Positions 36,525-47,210 are shown, numbered from the stretch's first letter. The stretch is 64,000 nucleotides of DNA from an uncultured Prevotellaceae bacterium (GCA_900316575.1 ONDJ01000004.1:63736-127735); one strand, 5' to 3'. The notes: generated by a model not told the origin, from the sequence alone. Numbers and translations: made by a program.

Positions 36525-37352
36525 ATGCACACTTACGAAGAAAAGTTATCCGCATTTGGTCGTTTGCTCCGTGTTATGGACGATTTGCGTGAGAAATGCC
36601 CTTGGGATCATAAGCAGACCAATGAAAGCTTGCGCGCAAACACGATAGAAGAAACTTATGAGCTTTGCGATGCTATTCTCAACAAGGACAATGAGGGGAT
36701 TTGCGAGGAGCTTGGAGACGTGACGATGCACATGGTGTTCTACGCTTTGATTGCTCAAGAACAAGGTTTTTTTGATATAGCCGATGTTTGCAACCGTGTA
36801 TGCGACAAACTTATTTTTCGCCATCCCCATGTATATCCGCCAGCGGGAGAGAGGCAATCTTCTGCCGACAGTGTTGAGAAAGTGCTCGACCAGTGGGAGC
36901 GTATAAAGCAGAAAGAAAAGAAGGGGCACAAGACGGTCCTGGGCGGTGTTCCGCAAAGCCTTCCCGCGCTCATCAAGGCTTATCGCATTCAGGACAAAGC
37001 CCGCCACGTGGGGTTTGATTGGGAAAAGCGTGAAGACGTGTGGGACAAGGTGAAAGAGGAAATCGCTGAGTTCGAAGCTGAAGTAGAAACGCTTGATAAA
37101 CAAAAGGCTGAAGAGGAATTTGGCGACGTGCTTTTCAGTTTGATCAATGCTGCACGGCTCTATCACATCAACCCCGACAATGCACTCGAGCACACCAATC
37201 GAAAATTTATCCGTCGCTTCAATTTCTTAGAGGCCACTGCGAAGCAGCAAGGACTAAGTCTGTCCGAGATGACGCTTGACGAGATGGACCATATTTGGGA
37301 ACAAGCCAAAAAGCAAGAGCGTCAAGACACTCAGTCCAACAATCCCGAATAA
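36525..37352 (+). CDS. mazG: Nucleoside triphosphate pyrophosphohydrolase MazG
   Basis: LREKCPWD, EETYE, EELGD, KLIFRHPHV, EFGD, KFIRRF. Confidence 0.95.
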   Translation: MHTYEEKLSAFGRLLRVMDDLREKCPWDHKQTNESLRANTIEETYELCDAILNKDNEGICEELGDVTMHMVFYALIAQEQGFFDIADVCNRVCDKLIFRHPHVYPPAGERQSSADSVEKVLDQWERIKQKEKKGHKTVLGGVPQSLPALIKAYRIQDKARHVGFDWEKREDVWDKVKEEIAEFEAEVETLDKQKAEEEFGDVLFSLINAARLYHINPDNALEHTNRKFIRRFNFLEATAKQQGLSLSEMTLDEMDHIWEQAKKQERQDTQSNNPE

Positions 37353-37357
37353 ATTCT

Positions 37358-38434
37358 ATGCGCGACATTTCATCTTTCTTGTCGTCACCTTGTTTTGCAC
37401 TCTACCGACTGCCGCGCACTGGCACGGTACACATCATTTCTGCCACAAATGCGCTTTCGGCAACAGACATTGCCGACCTCGTTTCATTCTCTAAAGACAA
37501 TAGCGGATCAGATGGCGGTTTTGTCATAGCTCCTTACGACAAATCTCGGCACGAAACTATTTTCATTCCTGCCCAAAAGCGCACGCATATCAACAGCATC
37601 ACGCTTCCCCATGAGCCACAGCTCCTAAGCGGCTACGAGGAAAGTGATCAGAAACGCTATATGGACGATTTCGCACTCATGAGTGAGCAACTCCATTCGG
37701 GTAGAGCGCTGAAGGTTGTTTTGGCAAGAAAAGTGCGTTTGCGCTTGGTGGCTTTCACGCTTGACATTCTTCGCGTCTTTGGCACAGCCTGCCAGATGTA
37801 TCCCAACAACTTCATAGCTCTTTGGAACACTCCACAGACTGGAACCTGGCTTACGGCTACGCCTGAACTTCTGCTATCGCGTAGCTCCGACGACCGCTGC
37901 CACACCATGGCCTTAGCTGGCACAATGCCCTTGTCCAATGAAGCGGCCTTGCGCATGGGCGGGTGGGATGCCAAAAACTTTGAGGAGCAGCGCTATGTGC
38001 AGCAGCATATCTTCAAAGTCCTTGGCGACCTGAGCCTACACTATGATGTCAGCGACACGCGCATTGTCCGCTCAGGGGATTTACTTCATTTATGCACCGA
38101 TTTCCGTTTCCCAACGCCTCAATCAGTAGGCCTCCTGCTTGATTGGCTCCATCCTACGCCCGCAGTGTGTGGCCTACCTGCCAAACGCGCTCATTCGCTT
38201 ATTGCCGAGCAGGAACACATCGAGCGCGACTATTATGCAGGCTACAGCGGCCCTATCAATCCCGATGGAACTTTTGGTCTCTACGTCACACTTCGCTGCC
38301 TTCATCTCGTTGAGCAGGGTTGCGACCTCTATGCAGGAAGTGGTCTGCTTGCAGAAAGCAATGCTTATGACGAATGGCAAGAAACCGAGGGCAAATTAGA
38401 CTCCTTACGCAAACTGATGCCATTGAGAGGGTAG
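37358..38434 (+). CDS. menF: Isochorismate synthase
   Basis: KVVLAR, ATPELL, LAGT, EEQRYV, LHPTPAVCG, YVTLRC, AGSG; upstream of menD. Confidence 0.85.
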   Translation: MRDISSFLSSPCFALYRLPRTGTVHIISATNALSATDIADLVSFSKDNSGSDGGFVIAPYDKSRHETIFIPAQKRTHINSITLPHEPQLLSGYEESDQKRYMDDFALMSEQLHSGRALKVVLARKVRLRLVAFTLDILRVFGTACQMYPNNFIALWNTPQTGTWLTATPELLLSRSSDDRCHTMALAGTMPLSNEAALRMGGWDAKNFEEQRYVQQHIFKVLGDLSLHYDVSDTRIVRSGDLLHLCTDFRFPTPQSVGLLLDWLHPTPAVCGLPAKRAHSLIAEQEHIERDYYAGYSGPINPDGTFGLYVTLRCLHLVEQGCDLYAGSGLLAESNAYDEWQETEGKLDSLRKLMPLRG

Positions 38435-38574
38435 GGCGATGCACATGCTTTTCAGTAATTAATGAAAGTTCAGAGGCTATCGTTATAAGGGCTATGTTCA
38501 AGTGCGTAACTCGTTTTACCCGATTAACCCACTGACTGTACAATTATAGCCCGTTGCGCAAAGCCAATCCTACA

Positions 38575-40197
38575 ATGTATTCTTCAAAGCCTTCCGTAAA
38601 CCAACTCATTGCTCAGATGCACGCCCACGGTATTGCTCATGTTGTGGTCTGCCCAGGTTCGCGCAATGCCCCGATTGTTAACGACCTCTTTGAGTTGGCG
38701 AGAACAACATCCATAAAGCTTTTCCCAGTCACCGATGAGCGCTGTGCCGCCTTTGTCGCCATAGGGCTCTATCTTGCAACACAAAAACCTGCTGCCGTCT
38801 GCGTTACCAGCGGAACAGCTCTCTTAAACACCTTGCCTGCCGTGGCTGAGGCCTATTACCGACACGCTCCGTTGCTGATCGTGTCAGCCGACCGCCCACC
38901 TCAGGATATCAACCAGCTGAAAGGACAAACTCTGCCCCAAAACGGCGCGTTACTGCCCTATGCCCCTACGTGGCAACTACCCGAAGAGGGTGGACAACAT
39001 TGCGAAGAGCGTCTGAGCGAAGCCTTAGCAGCTTTGTCAAGAAATGGCGGCAGCCCTGTTCATATCAACGTGCCACTCTCTGAGCCACTCCATATATATA
39101 ATAAGGAGTACATCGCTCTGTCTGCTGTGGTAAAAAACGATGCTCAAAAAACCGACACGCCTATTGTGCCGTCGCTGATGCAACGTATCATGGAAGCCCG
39201 TCAGCCCACCATTGTGGTAGGCCACATGGACTTCGCGCCCGAAGATTTGCTGTCGCAGCTCGTTGCCAGTCACAAATTCTTGGTTATAAGCGACTCCATT
39301 TGTTCGCTACAAACCTTGGTCAAGAGTCAACAAGCCCAACTGCAACAACTCCCCAATGCCAGCTGCCATCATTCCTTCAGCCCCGATCTGTTCATACATA
39401 TCGGCGGAGCTCTTGTTGAGAAACGACCGCTGTGGTTGGATGGCCACGAAAACGTTCCTGTTATTCGCATAGAAGAATCGGCAGACCTTTCTCCGCAAGC
39501 TTTCGGACGATTGGAAGCTGTAGTGCACTGCTCAACCGTAGCCGCTCTGCGCCAATTGACCAACCTGCCTGCAAAAGAAAGCGTCAAAGCTCTGTATGCT
39601 TTTTGTCAAAATCGGTCGCGAGACACTTCTGCCTCCTTTCAACTTTCGCAAAGTGCCGCAGTCTGCCGTGCGTTTATGGACAGTCTGAAAACACTCTGCA
39701 ACCATTCTCACCTCATCATCCACGTAGGCAATAGCCAAGTGCTGCGCGATATGAACCAGGCCGCAATGAACAATCCTCCATGCAAACTCTTTTGCAACCG
39801 AGGTGTTAATGGCATTGACGGCAGCCTGAGTGTAGCAGCAGGCCACAGCCTCGCCACCGCCCAAAATGTCTATTGCGTGCTTGGCGACCTTAGTTTTTTT
39901 TACGACAGCAATGCGCTCTGGAACGAACGTCTGCAGGGTAATCTGCGCATCCTACTTATCAACAACGGCGGCGGCAGAATATTCCAAAACGTCAAAGGTG
40001 TTAGCAGCAGCCGTGCTTACCAACACATCGCCGGCCACCATCATAGCACGGCACGAGGCATCTGCGAAAGTTACAGCATTAACTACATGGCTATTAAACC
40101 ACAAGATGCCATAGACAATCCTCAACTATTCAAGCAATTTGCGGCTCCGACAACACAAGAAAGCCGCCCGCTACTCATCGAATGTTTCTGCGAATAA
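38575..40197 (+). CDS. menD: SEPHCHC synthase MenD
   Basis: CPGSRNAP, DER.AAF, TSGTA, ADRP, NRGVNGIDG, GDLSFFYDSN. Confidence 0.95.
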   Translation: MYSSKPSVNQLIAQMHAHGIAHVVVCPGSRNAPIVNDLFELARTTSIKLFPVTDERCAAFVAIGLYLATQKPAAVCVTSGTALLNTLPAVAEAYYRHAPLLIVSADRPPQDINQLKGQTLPQNGALLPYAPTWQLPEEGGQHCEERLSEALAALSRNGGSPVHINVPLSEPLHIYNKEYIALSAVVKNDAQKTDTPIVPSLMQRIMEARQPTIVVGHMDFAPEDLLSQLVASHKFLVISDSICSLQTLVKSQQAQLQQLPNASCHHSFSPDLFIHIGGALVEKRPLWLDGHENVPVIRIEESADLSPQAFGRLEAVVHCSTVAALRQLTNLPAKESVKALYAFCQNRSRDTSASFQLSQSAAVCRAFMDSLKTLCNHSHLIIHVGNSQVLRDMNQAAMNNPPCKLFCNRGVNGIDGSLSVAAGHSLATAQNVYCVLGDLSFFYDSNALWNERLQGNLRILLINNGGGRIFQNVKGVSSSRAYQHIAGHHHSTARGICESYSINYMAIKPQDAIDNPQLFKQFAAPTTQESRPLLIECFCE

Positions 40198-40245
40198 AGA
40201 AGAAGCGAAGCTCACCAATGTAAAACCATCTTAAATACTACAACC

Positions 40246-41061
40246 ATGCGAAACTGGACTCCTATCAAGCAATTTCAAGAAATTCTCTTCGACTTTTATA
40301 ACGGCATAGCACGCATCACCATCAACCGCCCGCGCTATCGCAATGCCTTTACCCCGCTCACCGTACAAGAAATCAGCCAAGCGCTGACCTACTGCCGCGA
40401 AGCCCAAGACGTATGTGTAGTCGTATTGACTGGTGCTGGCGACAAAGCCTTTTGCAGTGGAGGCGACATGCACGTGAAAGGTCGCGGCGGCTACGTGGGC
40501 GAGGATGGAGTGCCTCGGCTCAATGTGCTCGATGTGCAAAAACAAATCCGCACGCTCCCCAAACCCATCATAGCCATGGTCAATGGATATGCCATCGGCG
40601 GCGGCCACGTGCTTCATCTCGTTTGCGACCTCACCATCGCCTCCGAGAACGCACGTTTCGGACAAACAGGCCCCCGCGTAGGCTCATTCGACGCTGGTCT
40701 TGGAGCAAGCTACCTGGCGCGTATCGTAGGACAGAAGCGAGCTCGCGAAATATGGTTCCTCTGCCGGCAGTATTCCGCTCACGAAGCCGAACAAATGGGG
40801 ATGGTCAACAAAGTAGTGCCCCTCGCTCAATTAGAAGACGAAACTGTAGCTTGGGCTCAAGAAATCATGCAACTTTCGCCTTTAGCCCTACGTATGATCA
40901 AGGCAGGCCTCAATGCTGAACTCGACGGACAAGCTGGCATCCAGCAACTTGCTGGTGATGCCACCATGCTCTATTATATGCTCGACGAAGCCCACGAAGG
41001 TGGCCGCGCTTTTCTTGAAAAGCGAAAGCCCGACTTTTCTAAATACCCCAAACTACCATAA
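40246..41061 (+). CDS. menB: 1,4-dihydroxy-2-naphthoyl-CoA synthase
   Basis: [29 protein letters not shown]. Confidence 0.97.
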   Translation: MRNWTPIKQFQEILFDFYNGIARITINRPRYRNAFTPLTVQEISQALTYCREAQDVCVVVLTGAGDKAFCSGGDMHVKGRGGYVGEDGVPRLNVLDVQKQIRTLPKPIIAMVNGYAIGGGHVLHLVCDLTIASENARFGQTGPRVGSFDAGLGASYLARIVGQKRAREIWFLCRQYSAHEAEQMGMVNKVVPLAQLEDETVAWAQEIMQLSPLALRMIKAGLNAELDGQAGIQQLAGDATMLYYMLDEAHEGGRAFLEKRKPDFSKYPKLP

Positions 41062-41078
41062 TGCACTAAACGTGGACC

Positions 41079-41335
41079 ATGGAGCGTGGGCGTCACAGCC
41101 GCGTAACTTTCCTTGACCCTTCAATGTGGTCAAGGAAAATTTGTGATCAAAAGTGAATAAGGCCTTTGCGCGGGCATCAAGCCACGCGCAAAGGCCACGC
41201 GGGCGATACACCCGCGCTCCATGAGCCACACGTGTGCGTCCGCGGTGCTCTGGGAATACACGCTTTTCGCACACAGATAGGATGTTTTACGTGCACACCG
41301 TACGAAAATTACGTGCGCACCGTACGGTGTGTACG
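41079..41335. repeat. Composite repeat cluster: inverted REP-like pair, two hairpins and a 22-bp array
   Basis: REP-like 41079-41103 and inverted 41199-41222; hairpins 41105-41141 and 41161-41196; TTACGTGCrCACCGTACG at 41287 and 41309, then an inverted copy. Confidence 0.8.
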
Positions 41336-41866
41336 CAGAAGGTGCCCATGGTGTGTCCACCAACATACGATGTTCATTGACAAGAGAAAGGCAACGAAGT
41401 TTTTTGGTAATCGCGTTCAAGTTTTCTTTATATTTCTTCTAAAAACTTATTGACTGTATTCAAAGCATCAGCCCATCTGGACGAGCACATCACGATGCCC
41501 AACCATAATTATCCTCAGAGCCTTCCCATCGGATAGGGGCTTGGTTATTGTGGCTCTTTCGGCCATAGCGTACCACATTAGAAAGCCACGAATTTAGATT
41601 AAACATAATAATGATTCTAATTTCTTAGGTGTGTTTGCTTTGGCATAGGATGCTTTTTCAGAAAACAACGAGCAGTCTATTTATATAAGTCGTGGTAAAT
41701 CGTATAGAGGAACAAGGATAATAGTCGCCTTAGTTCGTATAGAAATTTTGCGTTGACGAATAAATTTACAAGAAGTCAAGCACGCAGAGAATAAATTCTG
41801 GGCATCAACGTTTATGAAAATGCGATTTATTGCTGTAGAGGTAGCGATTATGTGCTGACGATTGTG

Positions 41867-41874
41867 TAATTTTG
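41867..41874 (+). promoter_or_regulatory. -7 element TAATTTTG for the glycan biosynthesis cluster
   Basis: TAnnTTTG match 67 nt upstream of ATG 41941. Confidence 0.5.
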
Positions 41875-41940
41875 CTTGGTGGCTATGCGTTATGGATATA
41901 ACGTGGAACGTGTTTTCAGAAAATTTTATAGGCAAACAAG

Positions 41941-42414
41941 ATGAGGCTTACAGACGATTTGTTATTCCGTTTCAGCACGCACGCTGATGAAAGAGGTACG
42001 TTGGTGGTAGCTGATGCGCTCCTTGGACCTACGTTGCCTTTTGCGGCTAAGCGCGTGTTTTGGATTACGCACATCCCTATTGGTGCTGAGCGCGGCGGAC
42101 ATGCACATCGCACGTGCCACGAAGCACTTGTCGCTGTAAAAGGTTCGTGCTGTGTCACGTTGCTATCGCCCTCAATTAAACATAATCAAGAAAAAACGGT
42201 TTCTAATGCCTCGCCAGAAGATGCTGCCAGAGCGTTTGAGCAGCGCGATTACGAGCTTTCATCGCCTGATGTAGCACTTCATATTCCGCCAATGGTGTGG
42301 TGCAGAATTCATTCGTTTTCAGCCGATTGCGCATTGCTTTGCTTTGCCTCAGAAACATACGACGAGAGAGGCTATATCAACACGCTCGACCAGTTGACAA
42401 CAAAACACAAATAG
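41941..42414 (+). CDS. FdtA/QdtA-family dTDP-sugar 3,4-ketoisomerase (cupin)
   Basis: DERGTL, KRVFW, RGGHAHR..HE, LLCFASE.YDE..YI. Confidence 0.88.
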   Translation: MRLTDDLLFRFSTHADERGTLVVADALLGPTLPFAAKRVFWITHIPIGAERGGHAHRTCHEALVAVKGSCCVTLLSPSIKHNQEKTVSNASPEDAARAFEQRDYELSSPDVALHIPPMVWCRIHSFSADCALLCFASETYDERGYINTLDQLTTKHK

Positions 42415-42448
42415 GCGCAAATCAGTAGGCACAAAAATATGCACAAAG

Positions 42449-43390
42449 ATGATGGTTCTTCCGTATTCAAGTAGCTATGCAAGCGTTTGGGACGAGGTGG
42501 TTGAAAGTAGTGCCAATGGCACTTTTATGTTTCAGAGCCGCTTTATGGACTACCATCGTAATCGTTTCAGCGATGCTTCGGTGCTGCTTGGCGATGAGCA
42601 CGGGAAAATAAACGGCGTATTCCCCGCAAACTACGAACACGACGGGACGGTTGTTTCACACACTGGGCTGACCTATGGCGGACTGCTGACAGCCGCAAAC
42701 CGACACGCTACCGACGTGATACAAATGCTGGACGAGGTGTGTAATTATTATAGAACAAAGAGTTGCAAGCGGTTGATATACAAAGCCGTTCCACACATTT
42801 ATTCAACCACCCCTTGCGAAGCCGATTTATATTGGTTGACACAAAGAGGCGGTAGCATCGTTCGTCGTGCGCTGTCAACCGCCATAAACCTCGAAGACCC
42901 CCTACCCTTTTCCACGTTGCGACGACGTCGTGTGAAGAAAGCGCAAGAAAACTGTGTCACAGTAGCTCGTAGCTCAGATTTCAAAGGGTTTTGGGGCATT
43001 CTCGAAGAGAATCTTTCTCGGCGTTTTGGCGTGAAGCCTGTTCACACATTAGAAGAGATCACACTGCTGCAAAGCCACTTTCCGACAGAGATATTGCTCT
43101 TCACCGCCACAGCCAGCGGAGATGTTGTTGCTGGCGTGGTGGTCTTTGCTTCTCGCGGAGTGGCTCATGCACAGTATATTTCTGCCAACGAATACGGAAA
43201 GGAGATCGGTGCTTTGGACCTCGTCTTCAGCACCATCGTTTCAGATTGTCAGGCAGCTGGCTATAAGTGGCTCGACTTTGGAATAAGCACCGACCATAGC
43301 GGTGCTCACCTCAACGAGGGACTGCTGATGCAAAAAGAGGGCTTCGGCGGGCGCAGTGTTTGCTACGATACCTATTTGCTCAATTTATAA
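42449..43390 (+). CDS. GNAT/FemAB-like acyltransferase
   Basis: FMDYH, SHTGLTYGG, HAQYIS, LDFGIST, GLLMQKEGFGG; sits between the ketoisomerase and the aminotransferase. Confidence 0.75.
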   Translation: MMVLPYSSSYASVWDEVVESSANGTFMFQSRFMDYHRNRFSDASVLLGDEHGKINGVFPANYEHDGTVVSHTGLTYGGLLTAANRHATDVIQMLDEVCNYYRTKSCKRLIYKAVPHIYSTTPCEADLYWLTQRGGSIVRRALSTAINLEDPLPFSTLRRRRVKKAQENCVTVARSSDFKGFWGILEENLSRRFGVKPVHTLEEITLLQSHFPTEILLFTATASGDVVAGVVVFASRGVAHAQYISANEYGKEIGALDLVFSTIVSDCQAAGYKWLDFGISTDHSGAHLNEGLLMQKEGFGGRSVCYDTYLLNL

Positions 43391-43404
43391 TCTTAAAGGA
43401 CACG

Positions 43405-44514
43405 ATGCAGATCAAATATTATCCTTTGCGGCGTATCATGGCTCAGTACGAGCCAGGTCTTTCTAAGGCATTAGCCGATGTGGCAACGAGTGGCTCGTAT
43501 TTGCGTGGAAACTGCGTTGAACGTTTTGAAGAAGCGTGGTCGCGAGCTGTAGGTACGAGCCATGCTGTGGCGTGTGGCAATGGGCTGGATGCACTTTCGC
43601 TGGTGCTCATGGCTTGGAAGCAGACGAAGGGATGGGCAGACGCTGACGAAGTGATAGTTCCTGCATTTACTTTTGCAGCGACAGGGCTTGCTGTTGTGCG
43701 CGCGGGTCTGAAGCCCGTGTGGTGCGACGTAGGAGCAGATGCACTGATCAACGTAGCGCAAGCCGAAAGGCTTATCAACGCTCGCACACGCGCCATTATC
43801 GGAGTGCATCTATATGGCAGAATTTGCGATGTTGATGCGCTGCGAGCGTTGAAAGCGCGCCATGGTGTGATGCTCCTCGAAGATGCAGCGCAAGCTCATT
43901 TTTCGGCCATCGATGGCAAGCGTGCAGGCGGGCTGTTGGATGCCGCTGCCTTCAGCTTTTATCCTGGCAAAAATCTCGGTGCAATGGGCGATGCGGGATG
44001 CATTACGACCAACGACGAAGAGACTGCAAAACACTGTAGGCATTTGGCAAATTATGGTGCGCCCGAAAAATACTACCACCAATATCGGGGTATTAACAGC
44101 CGCATGGACGAGTTGCAAGCTGCCGTTCTCATACTGAGGCTGCCCCACTTGGAGCGCGAGAATGAGCTACGCCGAAAGATTGCGAACATCTATCGACTAA
44201 AGATAAGCAATCCCGTGGTAAAGCTCTTGCCTGAAGCCGTGCCACAACAGACTGAAGTTCATCACATATTCCCCATATTCCCTTCAAATCCCGAGCATTT
44301 TGTCAAGACAATGAACGAAGCAGGAATAGAAACCGCCCGCCATTATCCACTGCCTCTACACCAGCAACAGGCATTTAAGGAGTTTGCCAGCACACCCATG
44401 CCCACGGGCGAGTGGCTCGCTCAATTTGAAGTCAGTCTGCCCATACATCCGCTACTAACGCCCGACGAAGTGGACCACATTTGCACGATGGTCAACAACT
44501 TCGCAGCAATATAA
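43405..44514 (+). CDS. DegT/DnrJ/EryC1/StrS aminotransferase (FdtB-like)
   Basis: GNGLDAL, VPAFTF.AT, EDAAQAH, FSFYPGKNLGAMGDAG, NSRMDELQAA. Confidence 0.92.
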   Translation: MQIKYYPLRRIMAQYEPGLSKALADVATSGSYLRGNCVERFEEAWSRAVGTSHAVACGNGLDALSLVLMAWKQTKGWADADEVIVPAFTFAATGLAVVRAGLKPVWCDVGADALINVAQAERLINARTRAIIGVHLYGRICDVDALRALKARHGVMLLEDAAQAHFSAIDGKRAGGLLDAAAFSFYPGKNLGAMGDAGCITTNDEETAKHCRHLANYGAPEKYYHQYRGINSRMDELQAAVLILRLPHLERENELRRKIANIYRLKISNPVVKLLPEAVPQQTEVHHIFPIFPSNPEHFVKTMNEAGIETARHYPLPLHQQQAFKEFASTPMPTGEWLAQFEVSLPIHPLLTPDEVDHICTMVNNFAAI

Positions 44515-44596
44515 AACCTAACCAGCCCAAAGACAATAATCTCAAAACGCTCTTTGATTCACACGACATCTACAACCCATAAAATCCCCATTCCTT

Positions 44597-45403
44597 ATGA
44601 CAACACTTGACATCCTAATCTGTACGTTCAACAAAGGCATTGTTCGTGTGGCGGACCTACTGCGTGCGCCTCAGCAAGGTGTGCAATACATCGTTTCCTA
44701 TCAATATAACGACGACCGCTATTTAGACTTAATTCCCAACTCGCTGCGCGAACGCGAAGACGTGATACTCTTTGAGCATCGTGGACAAGGACTATCTGCC
44801 AACCGCAACCTGGCTTTAGAGAAGTCAAAGGCCGACTTGTATATGTTTGCCGACGACGACGAGCGTTTCACCGACAAAACGTTTGACACCATCTTCAGCA
44901 CCTTTGAAGCCCATCCTGATATTGACGTGGCGTTTTTCACAGCCACAACCTACACAGGCAAACCGCTCAAAGACTATCCCCGCGAAGAGTTCTTGATGAA
45001 AGGAATGCCCGAAACCTATTGCATTTCAACGATAGAAATGGTGTGTCGCAGCAGGGTGAAGCACAAAGTTCGCTTTGACGAGCGCTTTGGACTTGGAGCC
45101 CAATTCCTCACCTGCGGTGAGGAGGAAATATGGATGGACGACGCAATGAAAGCTGGGCTCACCATGCGCTTCTTTCCGATAAAGACCATTGAGACGAGCA
45201 CCCTGCTGAAACGCAAAATGATATACGTCGATGCTGGTGTACAAAGGAGTTATGGCGCACAGGAATACTACCGTCATGGCTCACGAGCTTGGCTGAGTTG
45301 CCTGCGTTATGCGCTACGTGCAGCGCGTAAGCGCCAAGCACACTTCTTGCCCATGATGAAGCATTTTGCCGAAGGCATTCGCTATATGCAAAAAACACGA
45401 TAG
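44597..45403 (+). CDS. Glycosyltransferase family 2
   Basis: GLSANRN, FADDD, FDERFGLG, GEE. Confidence 0.88.
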   Translation: MTTLDILICTFNKGIVRVADLLRAPQQGVQYIVSYQYNDDRYLDLIPNSLREREDVILFEHRGQGLSANRNLALEKSKADLYMFADDDERFTDKTFDTIFSTFEAHPDIDVAFFTATTYTGKPLKDYPREEFLMKGMPETYCISTIEMVCRSRVKHKVRFDERFGLGAQFLTCGEEEIWMDDAMKAGLTMRFFPIKTIETSTLLKRKMIYVDAGVQRSYGAQEYYRHGSRAWLSCLRYALRAARKRQAHFLPMMKHFAEGIRYMQKTR

Positions 45404-47174
45404 CACTTTGGAAAAGCCGCTTCTTTCCATACTCATCAGTACGATCAACGAGCGCATTGAGTCGCTGACCCGTGTGCTGTTGCCACACGATGAACGTGTG
45501 CATTACATCGTTTCATGGCAACTCACAAAGGAGATGGAACCTCGTTGGCTTGGAACGCTTGTTTTTTCTGATCGAAAAGACGTATCCATTGAGGTGTCGC
45601 ACGGAGCAGGACTAGCAGCAAGCAGAAACAAAGCCCTCTCCATGTGTGAAACACCCTTTGCGCTGATAGCCGATGATGACGTAGTTTATTCGCCTAATGC
45701 TATAACCACAATCCTTAAAGCCTTTGACGACCACAAAGAAGCCGACGTACTTTGTTTTCAAGCTGAAGACCGCCAAGGCAATCTGTTGCAGCCGTATCCC
45801 AAGTCCGAGACAGACTATAAAGACTGGCCACGCGGATATTCAGCATCGTCAGTAGAAATAGCCCTGCGCCTCAGATACGACACGCCACGATTTGATACAC
45901 GCTTTGGACAAGGAAGTTCCGATCTTGTTTGCGGCGAGGAAGAAGTATTCCTACACGAATGTGCAGTGCGAGGCCACTCCATACGCTTCGTTCCCAAGAC
46001 GATACTTCAAACAGACGGACAGACCACCTCCAAACGACTTTCGCGCCATCCCAAGTTTATGCTGACCAAAGGAGCCACGCTCCGTATGGTATGTGGACGC
46101 ACAGGAGCTTGGATGCGCACGATTAAATATGCCTTGCAAGCCCCTTACGGCGAAAAGACGTGGACCTTTCGTTTGCTCGCACAAGGCATACGCTACATTC
46201 AGCAAACACCAACAAGGAGACCGCTGATTTCTGTCATTATACCATATTATAATAGAGCAGCCACTCTGCCGCGACTGTTTGCCTCGCTCGTTGACATTGA
46301 GTATTCGCCCTTAGAAATCATACTTGTTGACAATGGTTCTGACGATGGCTCGCTGCGTTTGTGCGAAGCGTTTCGCAAAGAAAAAGAATACCGATTTGCG
46401 CGTATTGGCATACTCACAGAACCTGTGCGCAGTGCCGCAGCTGCGCGCAATCGTGGGCTTCTGTCAGCTCAGGGCGAATATGTCTATTTCTTCGACAGCG
46501 ACGATGAACTCTCACCCACGTTTTTCAAAGAAGCCACACCCTACATGGATCGTTACGACTTGATCTGCGCCCGCACCCGTATGGTCTTTGAGAATGGGAA
46601 GACCAAGGCGCGCCGGCGCGTAGTACCTACGACACACGCAGCACAAATACTCGGCTGCATCATATCCACGCAGACTTCACTGATACGCCGCACGCTGTTC
46701 ACACAACACCCTGCCACTCGGATGTGGAACACTGGCCTTACACGCTGGGACGACTTGGAATGGGGACTGCGCCTGCTCTATGCTGCACGCAGTGTTAAGT
46801 GGCTCAACACAGTCCACCATCGAATCTATCGCCACGCTGACAGCCTTTCGGGTAAAAACCATTGGGAAGACAGGGAAGCCATATTCACAGCCCTTAATGC
46901 AATAGGAAAAGACCTCCTTGAAGTTGAAGAACAAATCGTTCACCAACGACAACAAAAAGCTTGGAATGCTTTAGCAGCAAGAACGCTCCTTGTCACTCAT
47001 AAAATGAAACAAACGCGCGACGCACACGATAGCTTTACTGAAATACAGCAAAAGTCAATCGACAGCTGCGCAAAATTAGCAACACCAAGATTTCAGCGTA
47101 TCGCAAAAACACTCCTAAGACTTTGGCCTAAAAAGCTATATGGGCTTTGGCGTGTGCTGCTCGCTTTTGTTTGA
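45366..47174 (+). CDS. Two-domain GT2-GT2 glycosyltransferase (start uncertain, probably just after 45403)
   Basis: Domain 1: GLAASRN, IADDD, FDTRFG; domain 2: ISVIIPYYN, VDNGSDD, AARN.GL, FFDSDD. Confidence 0.85.
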   Translation: MPKAFAICKKHDSTLEKPLLSILISTINERIESLTRVLLPHDERVHYIVSWQLTKEMEPRWLGTLVFSDRKDVSIEVSHGAGLAASRNKALSMCETPFALIADDDVVYSPNAITTILKAFDDHKEADVLCFQAEDRQGNLLQPYPKSETDYKDWPRGYSASSVEIALRLRYDTPRFDTRFGQGSSDLVCGEEEVFLHECAVRGHSIRFVPKTILQTDGQTTSKRLSRHPKFMLTKGATLRMVCGRTGAWMRTIKYALQAPYGEKTWTFRLLAQGIRYIQQTPTRRPLISVIIPYYNRAATLPRLFASLVDIEYSPLEIILVDNGSDDGSLRLCEAFRKEKEYRFARIGILTEPVRSAAAARNRGLLSAQGEYVYFFDSDDELSPTFFKEATPYMDRYDLICARTRMVFENGKTKARRRVVPTTHAAQILGCIISTQTSLIRRTLFTQHPATRMWNTGLTRWDDLEWGLRLLYAARSVKWLNTVHHRIYRHADSLSGKNHWEDREAIFTALNAIGKDLLEVEEQIVHQRQQKAWNALAARTLLVTHKMKQTRDAHDSFTEIQQKSIDSCAKLATPRFQRIAKTLLRLWPKKLYGLWRVLLAFV

Positions 47175-47210
47175 TAGGAACTCCAATTAGATAAGAAAGC
47201 CACAAAAACA

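Noticed and set aside
41838-41854. ops/JUMPstart-like antitermination site (GAGGTAGCG) before the glycan cluster
   Set aside because: Weak match, upstream of the candidate -7 box, and no UpxY/RfaH gene is present
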